Assembly (NCBI GenBank): GCA_051362555.1
Contig: CM120646.1
Location: 8,680,001 to 8,744,000, forward strand
DNA: 64,000 nt
Origin: Lingula anatina
Lineage: Eukaryota; Animalia; Brachiopoda
Direction of reading: 5' to 3'
Made by a program: the position numbers and the translations under genes. The notes under the pieces were generated by a model, which was not told where the DNA came from, searched no databases, and worked only from the letters and a program-made list of their open reading frames with translations. Shown here piece after piece: positions 36,099 through 50,100 of the stretch. Position 1 is the first letter of the stretch, and each line of letters opens with the position of its first letter.

Positions 36099-38752
36099 CG
36101 AAACTATAATGTATTTTCTAACATATTTGAAAAAGTAAAGCAATGATTTTTGTTTTATTATGTCTCTGAAAATGCCAGAGTCCAAACTGTATACAACATA
36201 TTTCCAAAAGCCCAGCAATCCCCCTAAATGTATTGAAAGAAAATACAGTTAGTTGGCAATAGGCGTTTATTTCTGCAGCGTCCTATCCTGCGAGGTTTCA
36301 CCCACAAACCTGAAGCATATGTTCTTCTGTGGAAGTAGTTAGCGGCCCGCGGTGATAACGATTTTATTTTTTATCACACGCCTTGTTTGGATTATTTTTT
36401 TCTTTCTGGCAATTGTTTTGATTTAAATGTTTTTTATCCTAGAATGTGTTTATATTGTGATTAAGTTGAGATGTTTAGAAACCTATTACATCAGAGTAAG
36501 TATCGTTGCACTACAAAGTAAAACAATTTAGGGATGCCGCAAAATAGGGAATTATTTAGGAGAGAAAATGGACATGCAGATCAAATAATGAGCCATCTCA
36601 TTTTGACAAAAACACTGGCGAAGAACATGCGCTAGCGTTCTTGACTTCCAGCAGAATATTTGTGTTGGTTTGAAATTAAGATTTTTAATTCTTATTTTGT
36701 ACTTTTAACTAGGTGATGATATAATGCATATAAGGGTTGTTTCTTTGATGATACTATGTCAGAAAATAGCACCATGTGAACCCGGGGTGCGTCTTTCAAA
36801 ATTATAACTACGAACACATTATTTAAAAACGAACGCTCGTAGCCGTTGCATTTCATTAGCAGTAAAACGCCCGCCAGACTGTTAACGTACTGGAACTAAG
36901 TGTTTACATAGCATCGCAACGAATGTATTTATTTGACCTAACAAGACGTGGGGCTTGTACTCGAAGACCATGACAACAGGTCCATACATGTGCTGGACAT
37001 TAAGAGTGCACTTACTAATAGTGTTGGTGATATACTCATTATAATTTTCTGCAGTTACAATCACGAAGGGAACCATTGAATATACAGCAATAATATTATA
37101 TATAAACTGTTCTAAATAATAAAAAAACAATTATTTGCCAGTGAGGACATAGTCTAATATATAAACAAATAAATACCGTTCAAAATTATTGTGTTTGGTT
37201 TGAATTGTTGACTACATGATGTTTTTATTGAACTACTCTAGTGAATATTGTCCTTTAAATTGATGTCGAAAAACGCGAAGAAAAATATTTCACTTGCATA
37301 ACCTCGAGTTACATGTAGGTAACAGTTTTCAAGATAGGCATCACTTTAGTTTACCGAGGGACAACAAAAAGAATGGCAAATTAGATTTAAAATAATAGGG
37401 TGTCAATTTAAAATCTGCTGTGAAATTCTATTCCATTTTTTTTATTATTTTTTTCATTATAATTTTGCAGGCTGTGGGCCCCTTCTAGGCCACGTCCCGC
37501 AGACTTTGGCTTTCCCAGGCAGCGACTCCTTAGCAGTGCCCATCCCGCTACCCGTGTATGTCCGCACCAAGTCCCCGTCCACGACCGACCACTTGGGGAG
37601 GCCCAAGAAATGTCGCCGAAGCAGAACTGTCTTCACGGAACTACAAGTAATGGCGTCTGTTTTTTTCAAATATCTATCATTTATAGGCCATTTCTGAATA
37701 TATAAAATAATAATTATATGTACATGACGATAAGGATGTGAATTTCATTAATTAAACTATGTTCAATAGATCCAAAATAGTTTCACTGCACAGGTATCAG
37801 ATATAAAATTTCCGAATGAATCGCATATATTTCTTATTTCCAGTTAATGGGTCTAGAGAAGAAATTTGAGACTCAGAAATATTTGTCCACACCAGATCGC
37901 CTGGACCTTGCCGACACGTTGGGTTTGAGCCAGATACAGGTGAAAACATGGTACCAGAACAGGCGCATGAAATGGAAAAAACAGGTGATATATTATGAAA
38001 GTGGCGAATTGAAAAGCATACATACATGTATACACGGCACATTTCAGAGCGTTTATACCAGGAAAAACACCTGGAATGGTATTCTTCTGCGGGTGGATTG
38101 TGCGTCTTATAGCACACTTTTGAACTTCTCCTGTGAAAACCAACGATATTAAAGCAGGCACCAAAGGGCCGAATAATACTTTTTTATTTCAATATGTAGA
38201 AACTGCCTGTCTATTCATAAGTTTAACATAATTTCGCTTGGTTCAAATGATAGAAAAATCTATTTGCACTTATTGCTAGTATTATGGTGCAAATTGCATA
38301 GTGTAAAGGAAAATATATATTAAAAATTGTTATTGCTAAAATTTTGGATATTTTCCAAATGTTTTGCATGCCCATTCTACAAAACGGTGGCACAAATCCA
38401 ATTACGAAGCTATAAAATATACATTCAACAATAGAAAATATACATTCAACAAACTATATATTACTTTTAAATGTTGATGCATGATAAATGTACATGTAAT
38501 GGTATGCTGTTAACAGACGTGTCTCTAATATCATTATGTAATTATTTGAAGGTTTTGCAAGGCGGAGGCTCGGAACCGCCCACCAAACCGAAGGGACGCC
38601 CAAAGAAAAATGTCCCACTGGATGCACCCCACCATGAGGATAAAAGCGACGAAGAAGGAGATATTTATCTAAATGGCATTGCAAAGATGGACCTTTCTGT
38701 TCATTCTTCTGACTCCGAGATGAATGATAGATATAGTGAACACTGTGAATAA
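35063..38752 (+). CDS. Barx: Barx (BarH-like, NKL subclass) homeobox transcription factor. Exons 35063-35321, 37471-37646, 37844-37984, 38552-38752
   Basis: eh1 motif SFLIQDILS. Homeodomain [59 protein letters not shown], followed by the Barx-specific basic region [24 protein letters not shown] phases 1,0,0. AATAAA at 38863. Confidence 0.95.
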
Positions 38753-39749
38753 TTATTGTTATTTTTTATTCTATTATCCACCGTGGATTAAAAACTTGTT
38801 TTTCAACTTAAACGCAAATCAGCTATTACGTCATATTGTAGCGTGTATACAGCAAACTGCTCAATAAAAAGCGTTGGATACTAAAGTTTACTGAATTCTG
38901 ATTTATGAAATATTGCACGAAAAAAATTTACTGAGAAATTACATTTTCCCCTAAAAAGTAAGATTGGTGATTGATTAATGTTTAAAGGCCAATTGTGTCA
39001 AAGTTTCATCCTCAAACAGGATCATGCACGGGAAACATAATAATAATTATAGCAATAATGATAATTTTTATTCATTTTAGCACTTTTTGCAAGTGCTTTT
39101 ACCTTACAGTTGTACAATACTAGGGGTGGGCAAATGACAAAATTTTTTTAAAACAGGTGGATTCTATGGCCATTTTTGCTGCTGAACTCAAATCTGACAA
39201 TTTTTTTTACCAAAGCTTAAGATTTATATTGGTATCTGCTATTTGTTTGTGAAAAAGGCGGGAAATGGCTTTTTGGACATATTTTCACTGTAAAGTACAT
39301 AAAAATGATGTGTATAATATGTCTTTCTATATGTTTTGAGGGTTGCTGAGTTCAAATATGAGCATATTAAAGACATTGGCAATATTGTTAGGGTGACATC
39401 TGTAAAAATATGTTATTTAAAACAAACATATACATAAAATACACACCTCGAGCCTAAGATAAATATAAATAATGGCCATTATGTACATACTTAACTCATG
39501 GATTACAGTTTGGTATAAAAACAATGCTGAAAATACCTTCATTGATGTATACCAACACATTTTATGCTTTATAATTTACCTTTTCTTCAGAACAGGTAAA
39601 ACTTTGTCAGGTGACATCAACCTCTTACAACCTCTTAGCTCGTGACCTTGGAATATTAGTACTTAGTTTCAGTTGCATAGTTTAAGAGTATCTCACCACC
39701 ACCATGAAAGCATCAACAAGAAATACACTGAGACCAGAAGGCACTTTAA

Positions 39750-40660
39750 AGCCCCCTGTCACACTTATTTGGATTATGAAGTATGGAAGAATGGAAGCAG
39801 AATGAGCCATAATTTTCAAAATTTGCACCACATTCGTTGGGTAATATCAAATTGTCCTCAATTCCAATAAGAATACCTCAGAATCTCAGAACCTCAGAAT
39901 GCGCTTCGAACCCACCTGGAATGGTTCGTGCACATTTGGGTTGTATTGTATTAGCTCTCAAATGCAGCTCACATGTAGTTGGAACACATTAGGAATAATG
40001 TTAATGCTGTCTAAGGCTCGGTTCTCACAACTTTTAGATCGATCTATCACCGCGGGGAGTCTCACTAGATTACTGTCAGATAATCCCCCTTAAGTGTCCG
40101 TCCCCGCCTACTACAAGCTTTAAGGGGTAATTAACTTTCGTGTCCGCCCGGCTGACAGCTATTTAGCGTGAACCCCCAGGGAGTTAGGTCGATCCAATGT
40201 AGGTCGATCTAATCTATGAGAATGGGGTGTAAATATAGTGAGCATATTTAGAATGTACTTTAAATGCCATACAAGTGTGGTTTCATTGCTGGCTGAATTC
40301 CAGCCTGTAATCAAGATGCATTTAAGTTGCACATTCTGACAAGATTTGAAGCACCTTGCCCTTTCGGTTCTCCCTCGAATGTGATCAAAATGTTCCGAAT
40401 GCTTTTGGAATTACGTAAGAATCTTAAGAATGCGCTCATAGTGCAGTTAGAATACACTTTAATGCCATTCGATATTTTTCCACTTAAAATGCACTTCGAA
40501 TTTTTGAGAATGAGCAAAACATTTTAACAGGACGCATAAATGGACCCAAACATTTAGAATGCGCTTAGAAATTTTAGACACTTCAAATATCCAGGAATAA
40601 ACAAGAAATTTTAATTCCGACAACATTCTAGCTCATTCAGCCTCTAGAGTGACTAGGTCA
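39750..40660. mobile_element. Harbinger-like non-autonomous element, nested
   Basis: Imperfect ends AGCCCCCTGTCAC / GTGACTAGGTCA with TAA on both sides. GAATG/CATTC-rich interior. Confidence 0.55.
40015..40229. mobile_element. Tourist-like MITE, same family as 5322 and 11962, TAA TSD
   Basis: Core ggggagtctcactagattactgtcag...gtgaacccccagggagttaggtcgatc, with TAA on both flanks. Confidence 0.85.
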
Positions 40661-42574
40661 TAAATGAAGACAATAAGGATATTGTCACTGTTCACCCAAA
40701 ACTCCTTATATACTGCCTTACATACATTCTTTTCAGTGATAAATGAATTTTCAGTATTCAGTGATTACATTAATTAACATTTACACATGTCATCTTACAG
40801 GTGATGGCATAATTGCAGTTTGGGGGTAAAAACTGAAAAATTGGTTTTTCAAATTTCTGTTTTACCTGAACACCCGTGATCACTATTTCAAAGCCAATTT
40901 AATGACACCATTTAGTACCCCAAGACCCTGCAAGCAATTTTTTAAAGCCTTAGTTCAGATTTGATTGTTGATAAAGCAACATAATACCTTTGTTTTAGAA
41001 GATCTGTCATTACGGACTCATAACTCCATAACAAAAGCATTTAAACCAAAACATTGGCATGGGATTGTAGCTCTTGTGGTCCATTGGCCACTTTTGTGAT
41101 AAATTCTTGTTCAGGGATGAAGTTAAGCCCCATATGGATTGCTAACTAAGCTCAAAAAAGAAAGCTGTAAAATAGATGATTAAAGCTTTCAGTTGCTCAT
41201 GCTTATACATTGCTGGGTTTGCTTCTGTTATTTCAAGGAAAAAATATAAACGCCGATATTTCATATTTTCAAGAGTTCTTACATTATTTCACAGCAGCAC
41301 AAAGACAGATACATTATTGAATAATTAGATGCAGGAAAAAACTCATTTTCGGTATCTGGGTGGTAAAAAAGAGTAACAATATCCTAATGCTCTGGTACGG
41401 AGTGTTCTACTGTAAATATTCCTGCATGTAACTAACATTATGCCTATTCTATATGTCAAAACTTTTCAGTTTCATGTGATCCTTGAACAATATTGACCAC
41501 ATTTGTTGTATTATTGTTTTTTCTAATTTAAAAGCCACAGTTGCATATAAACATTTGTATTTATGTACACAGAAATGGTGATTTTGGGGTGATTTTTACA
41601 TCAAAATGACCAAAAAATCCTCTTTTTAACCCAAAATGAAGTGACCCAACCAAAATGCTGTATCTATTTGCACTCATTGATCATGAAATCATATAGTTAG
41701 ACATATAACAAGCCATCTTTGAACTGATATTTAAAGATTTTCATGAGAAATATGTGGTTGGAGGGAGCGTTTGGTGGCCATTTTGAAAAATCACTTGATA
41801 CCAATATCAGATATAATTTAAAATGAAAATACTTATTAGATTTGTATTCAGCAGCCAAAATGGCCATAGAATCCACTTGTCTGAAATTAAATTTCCCAAA
41901 AAAGCTTTCATTTGCCCACCCCTAACAATACAATGTTTATTAACAATATTGCGTGATAGTGGCAAAAATCATCGCTCATTTCATTTTTTTAAATTTCCTT
42001 TTGGGCTGAAAGGAAACTAAAGCCAGTCTTCTCTTTTTAATTTAGTGCATGTTTAATTTATATATTGTATTTGACGTATTACGGTTAACACGGCTACCTT
42101 TAGAGGAAACCCCACGGGATAAACATGTAGCATAAGACTTGAATAATGTAGAGAGTCGTTGGTATTGTAACTTATCAATATAGCATCACCATTGTATTAA
42201 AGCCCATCTACTTTGAAACAAACTGTAAATTGATGGTTTGAAGCAAGATATGAGAAAACAGCGATCATGAAAAATTTAAATAAAGTAATTACTAATTTAA
42301 ATGTCTAGTCCAACGAACATTTTCATAAAATAATGTTTATATAAAGTTAAACGGACGTTACGGGCGAAATTTGAGGTAAAGTTTAAGGATATAAAACATG
42401 AATTAGTTCAATAATTCAATATCGATCGAAATCCTCAGCAATTTCTTATTTTTTATAAAGCTGGGTGAGCACCCCCATCTGAGTAGGAAACAACGGTTTT
42501 ATCGTTGGGCAATAATAGAAGTATAAATATTTTGATGCATCTAGAAAGATCTACATAATAGTTGTTGAATACAG

Positions 42575-42609
42575 TCCGAGCTTTCGGCCCCTGGGCCTTC
42601 TTCGGGGAA
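42575..42609 (-). ncRNA. Penelope-type minimal hammerhead with a U-to-C change in the core
   Basis: Minus strand reads UCC-CCGAAGA-aGGCCc(ag)gGGCC-GAAA-GC-UC-GGA. Confidence 0.55.
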
Positions 42610-45600
42610 TATGAACAAAAAGTAAAAAAACAAACTCCTAGGATACGTGACGTATGAATCCTATCGTTGGGCAATAGACGTTGTCTTCATATCTAAGAAC
42701 AATGAAAGTAAAAAAAAAAACACATCAGCCATTTACTTTACATTATATTACATGCGAAAACATATAAATTGTTCAAAGTTGCAAAGACGTTTTTATTATT
42801 GACTTTTGATTTTTTATTTGTACCTTTGATATTCCATTATCCATGATCCCCCATACACTGAGAAATAATTAGTTGTGATATTTTTAAAATCCCCATTAGT
42901 GTTGGATAACAGTCATCACCTCGTCACTAAAGCCGTTTTATCCACAGAAGAACGTCATGCGATACACCGTAATGTACTGCGTACTGTCCCTTTTCGGGCA
43001 AAGCACGAGGCAAAAACACCCAGAATGAGTCATTGCTACTTTTGCTCAGTTTTAGTTACATTGCTTCAGAAACATCAAGGATACAGAACAAGTTAGTACG
43101 TTATCGGGGGATAGGGTAGCTAGATAACTAAGTAAAGCATTCCCAGCCTCGTCTGACTGGCGCTAAGAGCAGTTGTCTCTCCTGTCTAGTCTGACGTTAT
43201 CACTGCGGGGGCCAATACGAACAATTAACGGTACAAGATGCGATACGTATATTATGTATACATGGCCTTGGCAGCTTGGTTAATTGTACACGGTTCTTAG
43301 GTCCGTAGCCAAAACTTGAACATTGAAGGTTGAAACTTTGACTGCCCGACCGCACCCCTGGTTTGAGGCATTAACTTTAATATTTATCTGAAAAATTGTG
43401 ACACTATGCAAGTGCCTTATTTAACCTAGCTTCCACAACTTTTTTATATTAAATTATGGGAACTTTGGATGTGGAAATTTACAACGTTCCGTAATAAGAC
43501 AAATAGTTTAATTTATGTGAAGATTTAGTTAATTATTACCTTTGACTTATTACACTGGTTTTGAGACAAAAGAAAACATTCACTGAACTTACCAGATATA
43601 TTTATCAAATTTCCAGCAAATGTCAAACTTCAAACGGATCCTATAGACTTTGCCTCGGTACGTTTTAAAAAGATTCCTAAATTGATTTTAATCGATTGAT
43701 TCGAATTGTGCTGTGTGACATTGCATATTTCAAAGTATGGCTCCTTTCAAAACATAAATTCTTCGGAACCAAGCCACAGGGGCTTGCAAGTCCATAAATG
43801 CTGTACAGGACTATCTTTTCAGTGTTCCCAAACTAAGGTAACGTTTTCATTCCATCCTTGAATATTTTCGAAATAATGTATGCATTTATTTGAAAGAAAT
43901 TATACTACACAATCAAAGACAGAGACAGCTTTCACACACCCATTCACACAATGGAAAATATAATAAATGCAAGCTATATCAAATGGGAGATTCACATTTA
44001 AATTCCAAGCGCTATAGACAATCATTTGTCAGCTTCTGTTCCGGTAGATCTTTGTGTTAGATGTACCTCATGTCAAAAAGAACCTTAGTACATGTGAAAA
44101 TTATAACAATATTATCATCTTCCACTTCATATCAAGACTTTCTACCCTTTCCGCTTTTCTAGACAGCTGCTTTTTGAAGACCGGGTAGGTACAAGAACTA
44201 GAAATTAATTTTTTTATTTTCCAAGTAGTTTGCAGGTATTCCAAGTTTTATTTTGTCTGCCTAGAGTAAGACATTTCTAAATATGAAGAAGTAATAAACA
44301 GTCTGCGACGTTAGCCAATGGTCCGCCACCATTGACCAGTGCAATTTCGTGCCGACCAATGGATTGTTCAGGTGTGAATTTACAAGGCCGGTAGATTTTA
44401 ATTTCATCATCATAAAAAAAAAAATTTAAAAAAACAACCATAATTTCTCTAAAACATGTAAAAAAATGACACCAATGTATATTCCCACTACTACACGTTT
44501 GACCCACCACTGCTGAACCGGTTCAGGCCGGCCAAGAATCCACTCAGCTGAGCGACTGCCTAAATGAACACGATTGAAAATAACCATTCATCATAATGTT
44601 AACTGAAAATTGTGTTATTTTATACTTGGTTAAGTTATTCAATAGCAATTAACGTATTGTTTTTAACAATTTAGTTTAACTAAAATTACAGGGACTTATA
44701 GATCAACAGTTCTGCATTACCCACTTCCACTTCATATTGTGTCACTTATTTTGGGGAGAGACAGAAAAAGGAGTCATCTTTCATGAGATATGGCCATTTT
44801 AATTGGTAAAAATGGTTTAATCTGTCAATTTTGTGTGTCTCCATCTTAACATTGCAGTGTAGTATATATTTCTGAAGGACATGGGAGGGTTGAACACATT
44901 TCAGTACTTACTATGCAGACAGAGAGGCACCGTTCTCCGTCTCGCCCTTGCAGAAAAGATACAAGTACATGTTGTTGACCAATTTACACGACAGGGCAGA
45001 TGTCGTTTTGGTCTCCACTCAGCTGCCATAAAACGACACAACTTTTTAATTTGATTATTACAGATTTTCGCAATTCATTATGCATGTTGGACCATTGTAT
45101 TTTTGTGTATTTATAATCTTTGATATTTCAGTTGGTAATTTATGTAATAAGGATTTAATTAAAATTTTCAAATATTTATACAATAAACAACTAAGATAAA
45201 TATAAATAACTATGATATAATTAAAGCATTACATGACTTTCTTTTGTATTTTAATGAAAAGATGAGGATTTATAAATGTTTAAAAAATGAATTAATAAAA
45301 CAATAGATATGTATTTTGTAGCTATCAATATTCTATGTGTGAATATTGAAGAATTTAATATGCGTATAGTATGAATAATAATTTTTTTATTCATTAAAAT
45401 TCCTTTCTTTTCATTTTCATCATCAGTTAATTACTAGTATATACATGTATTTATACTCTATTCCATTTTTTTATCGTCTAAGGAATGAAATTTTGGATTT
45501 TCCTAGGGTACAATTAATCTGCCCAGTACAATTATTAATTTCGAGAGAATTTTTCAGGCAGTACAATTATTTTGCCAGTACAATTATTTATTTCTAGAAA

Positions 45601-46456
45601 ATTTTCCAGGCGGTACAATTACTCCGCCAAAACAATTATCATGAACCCAAAAGTTTCAGAAGATATTTTCAATTTGATTGTTTTTTTTTTCTAAGATGTG
45701 TAAATCTTACATGATGATTCCAAATATAAAAAGATTTGACAAATCGAGGTCTTCTTATTATTGGTATTGATGCAATAGGAGCAATTGAATTGAAATGAAG
45801 TTAAGTCTGACTGAATTTTTTTAGAACCAGTGTCTTTTAATTCGGACCAGTAATTTTAAGAACCCCCATATGACTGCCTTAGCTGCTCGAGGAGGCCTGT
45901 CAGACAATAAAGCAGATTCCGCTGATTGCACTTAGCGAGATCTAATAAGTAAGTTAGCTGGATATAAATGCATCCGTTGATTTGCCGATGGGGACAATAA
46001 TGAGTTAAAATACCAAAATGAAAATTTGAGACATACTGGCTCGAAGTGTAGACATTAGACTATAATGTGATCATATAACGCCCATGCCCGAAGTTACGCT
46101 GAGTGAAACAAAATTGAAATAATTACCAATTTTGCAACATATTAACCATTATCCAGAGGTTACACTTCTGGTGCCATGATGCTATTGTTGATCTTTCACG
46201 GGACCCGGACGTCGTTAATGTAGAAAATACCAAAACGACTTTTCTAACCGCTGCCCGGAACAGTTGCACGCAGCAGGAATGACGGGAAAATGGACCGGGA
46301 ACAACCGACACTGAACTTTGTGGTTGATTAAAGTTGACAGGCAGAAGAACGTTGTACGGAAAGAGAGATGCAGCACATATCTAATCAAAATACCGAAACA
46401 GCAAGTATGGATTCCAGGTGAAATCATTCTTCAAAAAGTACGTGAGGTGGCTGATG

Positions 46457-46630
46457 GGGGCCGTAGCGATAGTCCGAAGGTTCAATAGTCCGAAGGTTCA
46501 TTGGTCCGAATGTTCACTATAGAACCTTCGGACCAATGAACCCTTGATTAAAAAATCGATGAAAATGTTACCACTTTTCAGACCAATGAACCTTCGGACC
46601 AATGAACCTTCGGACTATCGAGACGCCCCC
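46457..46630. mobile_element. Palindromic MITE built of 15-bp subrepeats (MULE-like)
   Basis: Tandem (gtccgaaggttca) units on the left are mirrored by (tgaaccttcggac) units on the right. GGCTGATG is duplicated on the flanks (8-9 bp TSD). Confidence 0.8.
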
Positions 46631-48639
46631 GGCTGATGATTGCTATAGTATGCTTTTAAAATGATTCCGCTGTGGCTAGTAATTCATATGAATCCTGATT
46701 GCATTCAATATCCCTGTTGAAGCATCCTCATCCTCTCGACTGATGTAAGATAAAAAGGCATTGTCCAAAGCCCTTTCTAAAAAAGGAATAGGTGAATAAA
46801 ATATAAATAGATAAGTCAATAATGATAATGTAAATCCAAAAAAATAAAGAAAAAGTTTAACTTTATCCAACATTTTAGTTCTTCGTTGCGTCATTAATGT
46901 TGACGACAATTTTATCATTAAACATACTATTTTTGCAACTGTTTATGGCAAAACATTAAAATATGATAACTTTATGGAAAGATAAATAGTCTAAGAAGCA
47001 AGAAATGCCTGAATGATACAGATATTTATTTAAAATGTGATTTTAATACACGTGTATAATGTCTCTCTAATTTTTCTGTATATAGTGTTCACTCTGATGG
47101 ATCAGATAGTTTAGCATATTTAATCTATGAAATGGTAGCCAACTTAAATATTGCAGTGTGGATAAATCTGAGTTGTGTTGAATCATTTAACAGTAACATT
47201 TAATTCATAATAAGGCCCAAAAGCACCGATCCTTAAATATGGCTTATCATAAAAACCTTTGGTTGCTATCTTATCAATAACTTGAAAATATATTTTTTGT
47301 GGTTTTTAAAATTATTATTATCATTATTATTGTTAAAATGGAGTAAAAGCGTCCCTGGATTGTACCCGAAAGTAGAAAATGAAAGGAGAAAAAGATAAAA
47401 GAGTAACCTGTACGCCAGCTTTTATATTCCATTCATGACATTGACTTCTGTCACGTCCATCGAAATCAATGTTAGATGGAGAACACAATAATGCATCGGG
47501 TGAGCATGGCATGGGTGTCCGCGTGTTTCCGTTTTATTCATTCAATGCAGCTATGATATGTGTTCAAGCTCGATTAAATTGGGTTGTATATCTCAACTAC
47601 CACAATCTGCAGATTTTGCGTAGACTGTCAAATCTAAGATTATCATGCCATTATACACCCAAACCCAATACAGAGGTGCATTTCACAAGTTCAAGTCTCA
47701 AAAAATGAAATTGAATGGATTCGATGTATTATCCAATTTTTTAAAACTTACATGTGTATAGAACAAAAACCCACAAATGTCCCAATTTTACGCCCACGGG
47801 TTTCTGTTTTGTAAGCAAATAAATTGATAGCCGTTTGAAGTGAAAAAAGAGTAAGAAAGAACATACGTTACCACTGAATCGCCTGATACAAACACGATCA
47901 TTAGTTGAGCACTGGAAATTTGTGCAAGCTAAACACTATCAGAACCCTATGAGTCATTAATAATGGAAAAGTGATAGGAAAATACCTTTAAATTGACCAG
48001 ATCTAGGAAAATTACTTTCAAACTAAAGATCATTTTTCATTACAATGTCCACGTTGATGACTCTTTCAATAGCAGTAATTGTCAATTGTATAGATAATTG
48101 AAAACTTTGTTACCTAAAAGTTATCTACCACTGGTCATATTCGTCGTGAATTTAAAACTCATTGACAGTTTCAAATTTTGGGTGTATTAGTTACAATACC
48201 AACTACGCCTCGCATCCTACGCATACCGTAATGTAACGTATGTTCCACAGCCATAGAAAAGATACTGGACACGAGTTTAATAAATATTGATAAGATATTT
48301 TTCGCTTTTTTTCGTAGAATTTATTGAGGTTTTAAAAGTAACTCAGACATCAAAAGTGATAACCTATTACACAAACACGATCCGCGTATCAAACGTCTTA
48401 ATCATTTGCACCTTTTTCAACACACCTATAGGTTTTCAAATACATCAGAGAATTCGTTCAAAATGAGCTTTACTATCCTCTCTGAAAGGTCTAAATTGTC
48501 TTGCGGATTTCGGCACTTTTGGGAATTAAAAAAAAAATGTATATATATAATGTTTGTTCCATCTATAAAAAGTAAGTGGCTCACAAAATTACGTTTTTAA
48601 GTCTTTCTATTGAGTGGGTATAAGAAACAGGTATCACTT

Positions 48640-50100
48640 TAGAGTTCTAGGGTCTCTACGGTCCTCATCAGTCGCTATTTAAGACAAATTATAGGCTGCA
48701 TGATATGTTGTAAAAGTTTCCTTGAGATTTCTGAGATGTTCATACAGTGTTTTTACTGTGCCAACGTGATGGATTATTTTTTTTATTTATTTATTTATTT
48801 TTTTTTTTGATTACTGGCGCTCTTGGGCTCTACTATAGTCGTCTCGTTCAAAAAAATGTATACAGCTTGCCTTTTTTTCCTGCTACTCCCATCCGTCGAC
48901 TTTTCGATCAGTTCATCCCCTTTTCGCGAGTTCTCGACCAACGATTCCGGCAAATGCCAGTAGCAGCGGAAAGAAATCTGAGACAACGCTACGTCTTCGC
49001 AATCTTCTCAGCCACTATATTATGCAAAATGTTCATCTTACTTCTTGGTGTAACTCGTTAAACTTGACCCACTGTAGCTAAAAAAACATTTTCTATAAGT
49101 CATCATATTTTTAGGATGATGAGTCTTATTGAATATTATGTGTATATATAATATTATTTTTATCTTAGGATAAAGGCAACAATTTGCTACATTGTTATTA
49201 TTGCTAAAATAATTAGGGTAGTGGGGTTATAAGATAAAAGCGGCCTTGTTTGACCAAATCGATATTCTTTGTTGCCTTCTTTTTGTTATAAATAAGACTA
49301 TGAAAGTTTGTGGTACACTGGGATGGAGGAGACATAAAAGTAATTGCTTCTGCACAGTACTAGTGTTAGCTTGGGTCTATAGCCTGCTGTATGATGCGTT
49401 CTGTCTTAATTTTGGGGCACGTGGGAAATTCAGGTGGTTCCGTATTTCGTCTTCTACAATGGCTAAACGTTGCCGGATAGCATTTTCCCTCTTTCTTATG
49501 GAATTAACCTGTGATTGTAGTTCTTTAATTGTTCATTGTGACTGCCTTCAGTTTCTTCTCAATCATTTCCACGTTGTGGCCACCTCGCACACACAACAAG
49601 TCTCTCAGGTGGTGATTGCTGTGGACATGCCTCGGCAACTTCTATAGCAGCTAGGAGCTCTTCTTTCCTTTGGTGAAGTCTACGTTTTTGCGATTTAGTC
49701 TTCGCATGCCTCTTTTGTCTTTCACGACATTTATAAGGAGGCGAAGGTAGGCCTACATAGTATTTTGAACCCGTTTTCTTTCGCTTCCAAATAAGCGTCA
49801 CCCTCGTTTTTTTACGAGATCGATATATTTTTTTTAAATCTCAGCTCTGGTTTCGCATTTTTTCTGAAATAATAATGTTCCGTTCGGTATCATTGTATTT
49901 GGCACTGCGCTCACTGCGCTCGTTGGCGATTATTTTTTCCTTCCATAGTCTTGTTTAACATTTATTTCCGTCTTTGACATTCATTTCTGTATTTGAATTA
50001 AATTTTTTATTACGACAAAATCATTCACTTCGCTGACATCGTTACTGAGGATTTTATGGATTTCTTTACACTTGTAACTAACCTTATCTAATCTTTAGCT
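48640..50100 (-). mobile_element. Possible decayed Penelope-like retroelement 5' region
   Basis: Broken basic ORF pieces (EKIAKT*RCLRFLS; RKRENAIRQRL) and a degenerate CUGAUGA motif at about 48665 on the minus strand. Weak support. Confidence 0.3.

Larger units (their letters stand above)
39121..41924. mobile_element. 2.8-kb non-autonomous hAT-like element with 7-bp TSD, carrying nested MITEs
   Basis: TIRs TAGGGGTGGGCAAATGA / TCATTTGCCCACCCCTA with ACAATAC on both sides. Confidence 0.85.
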
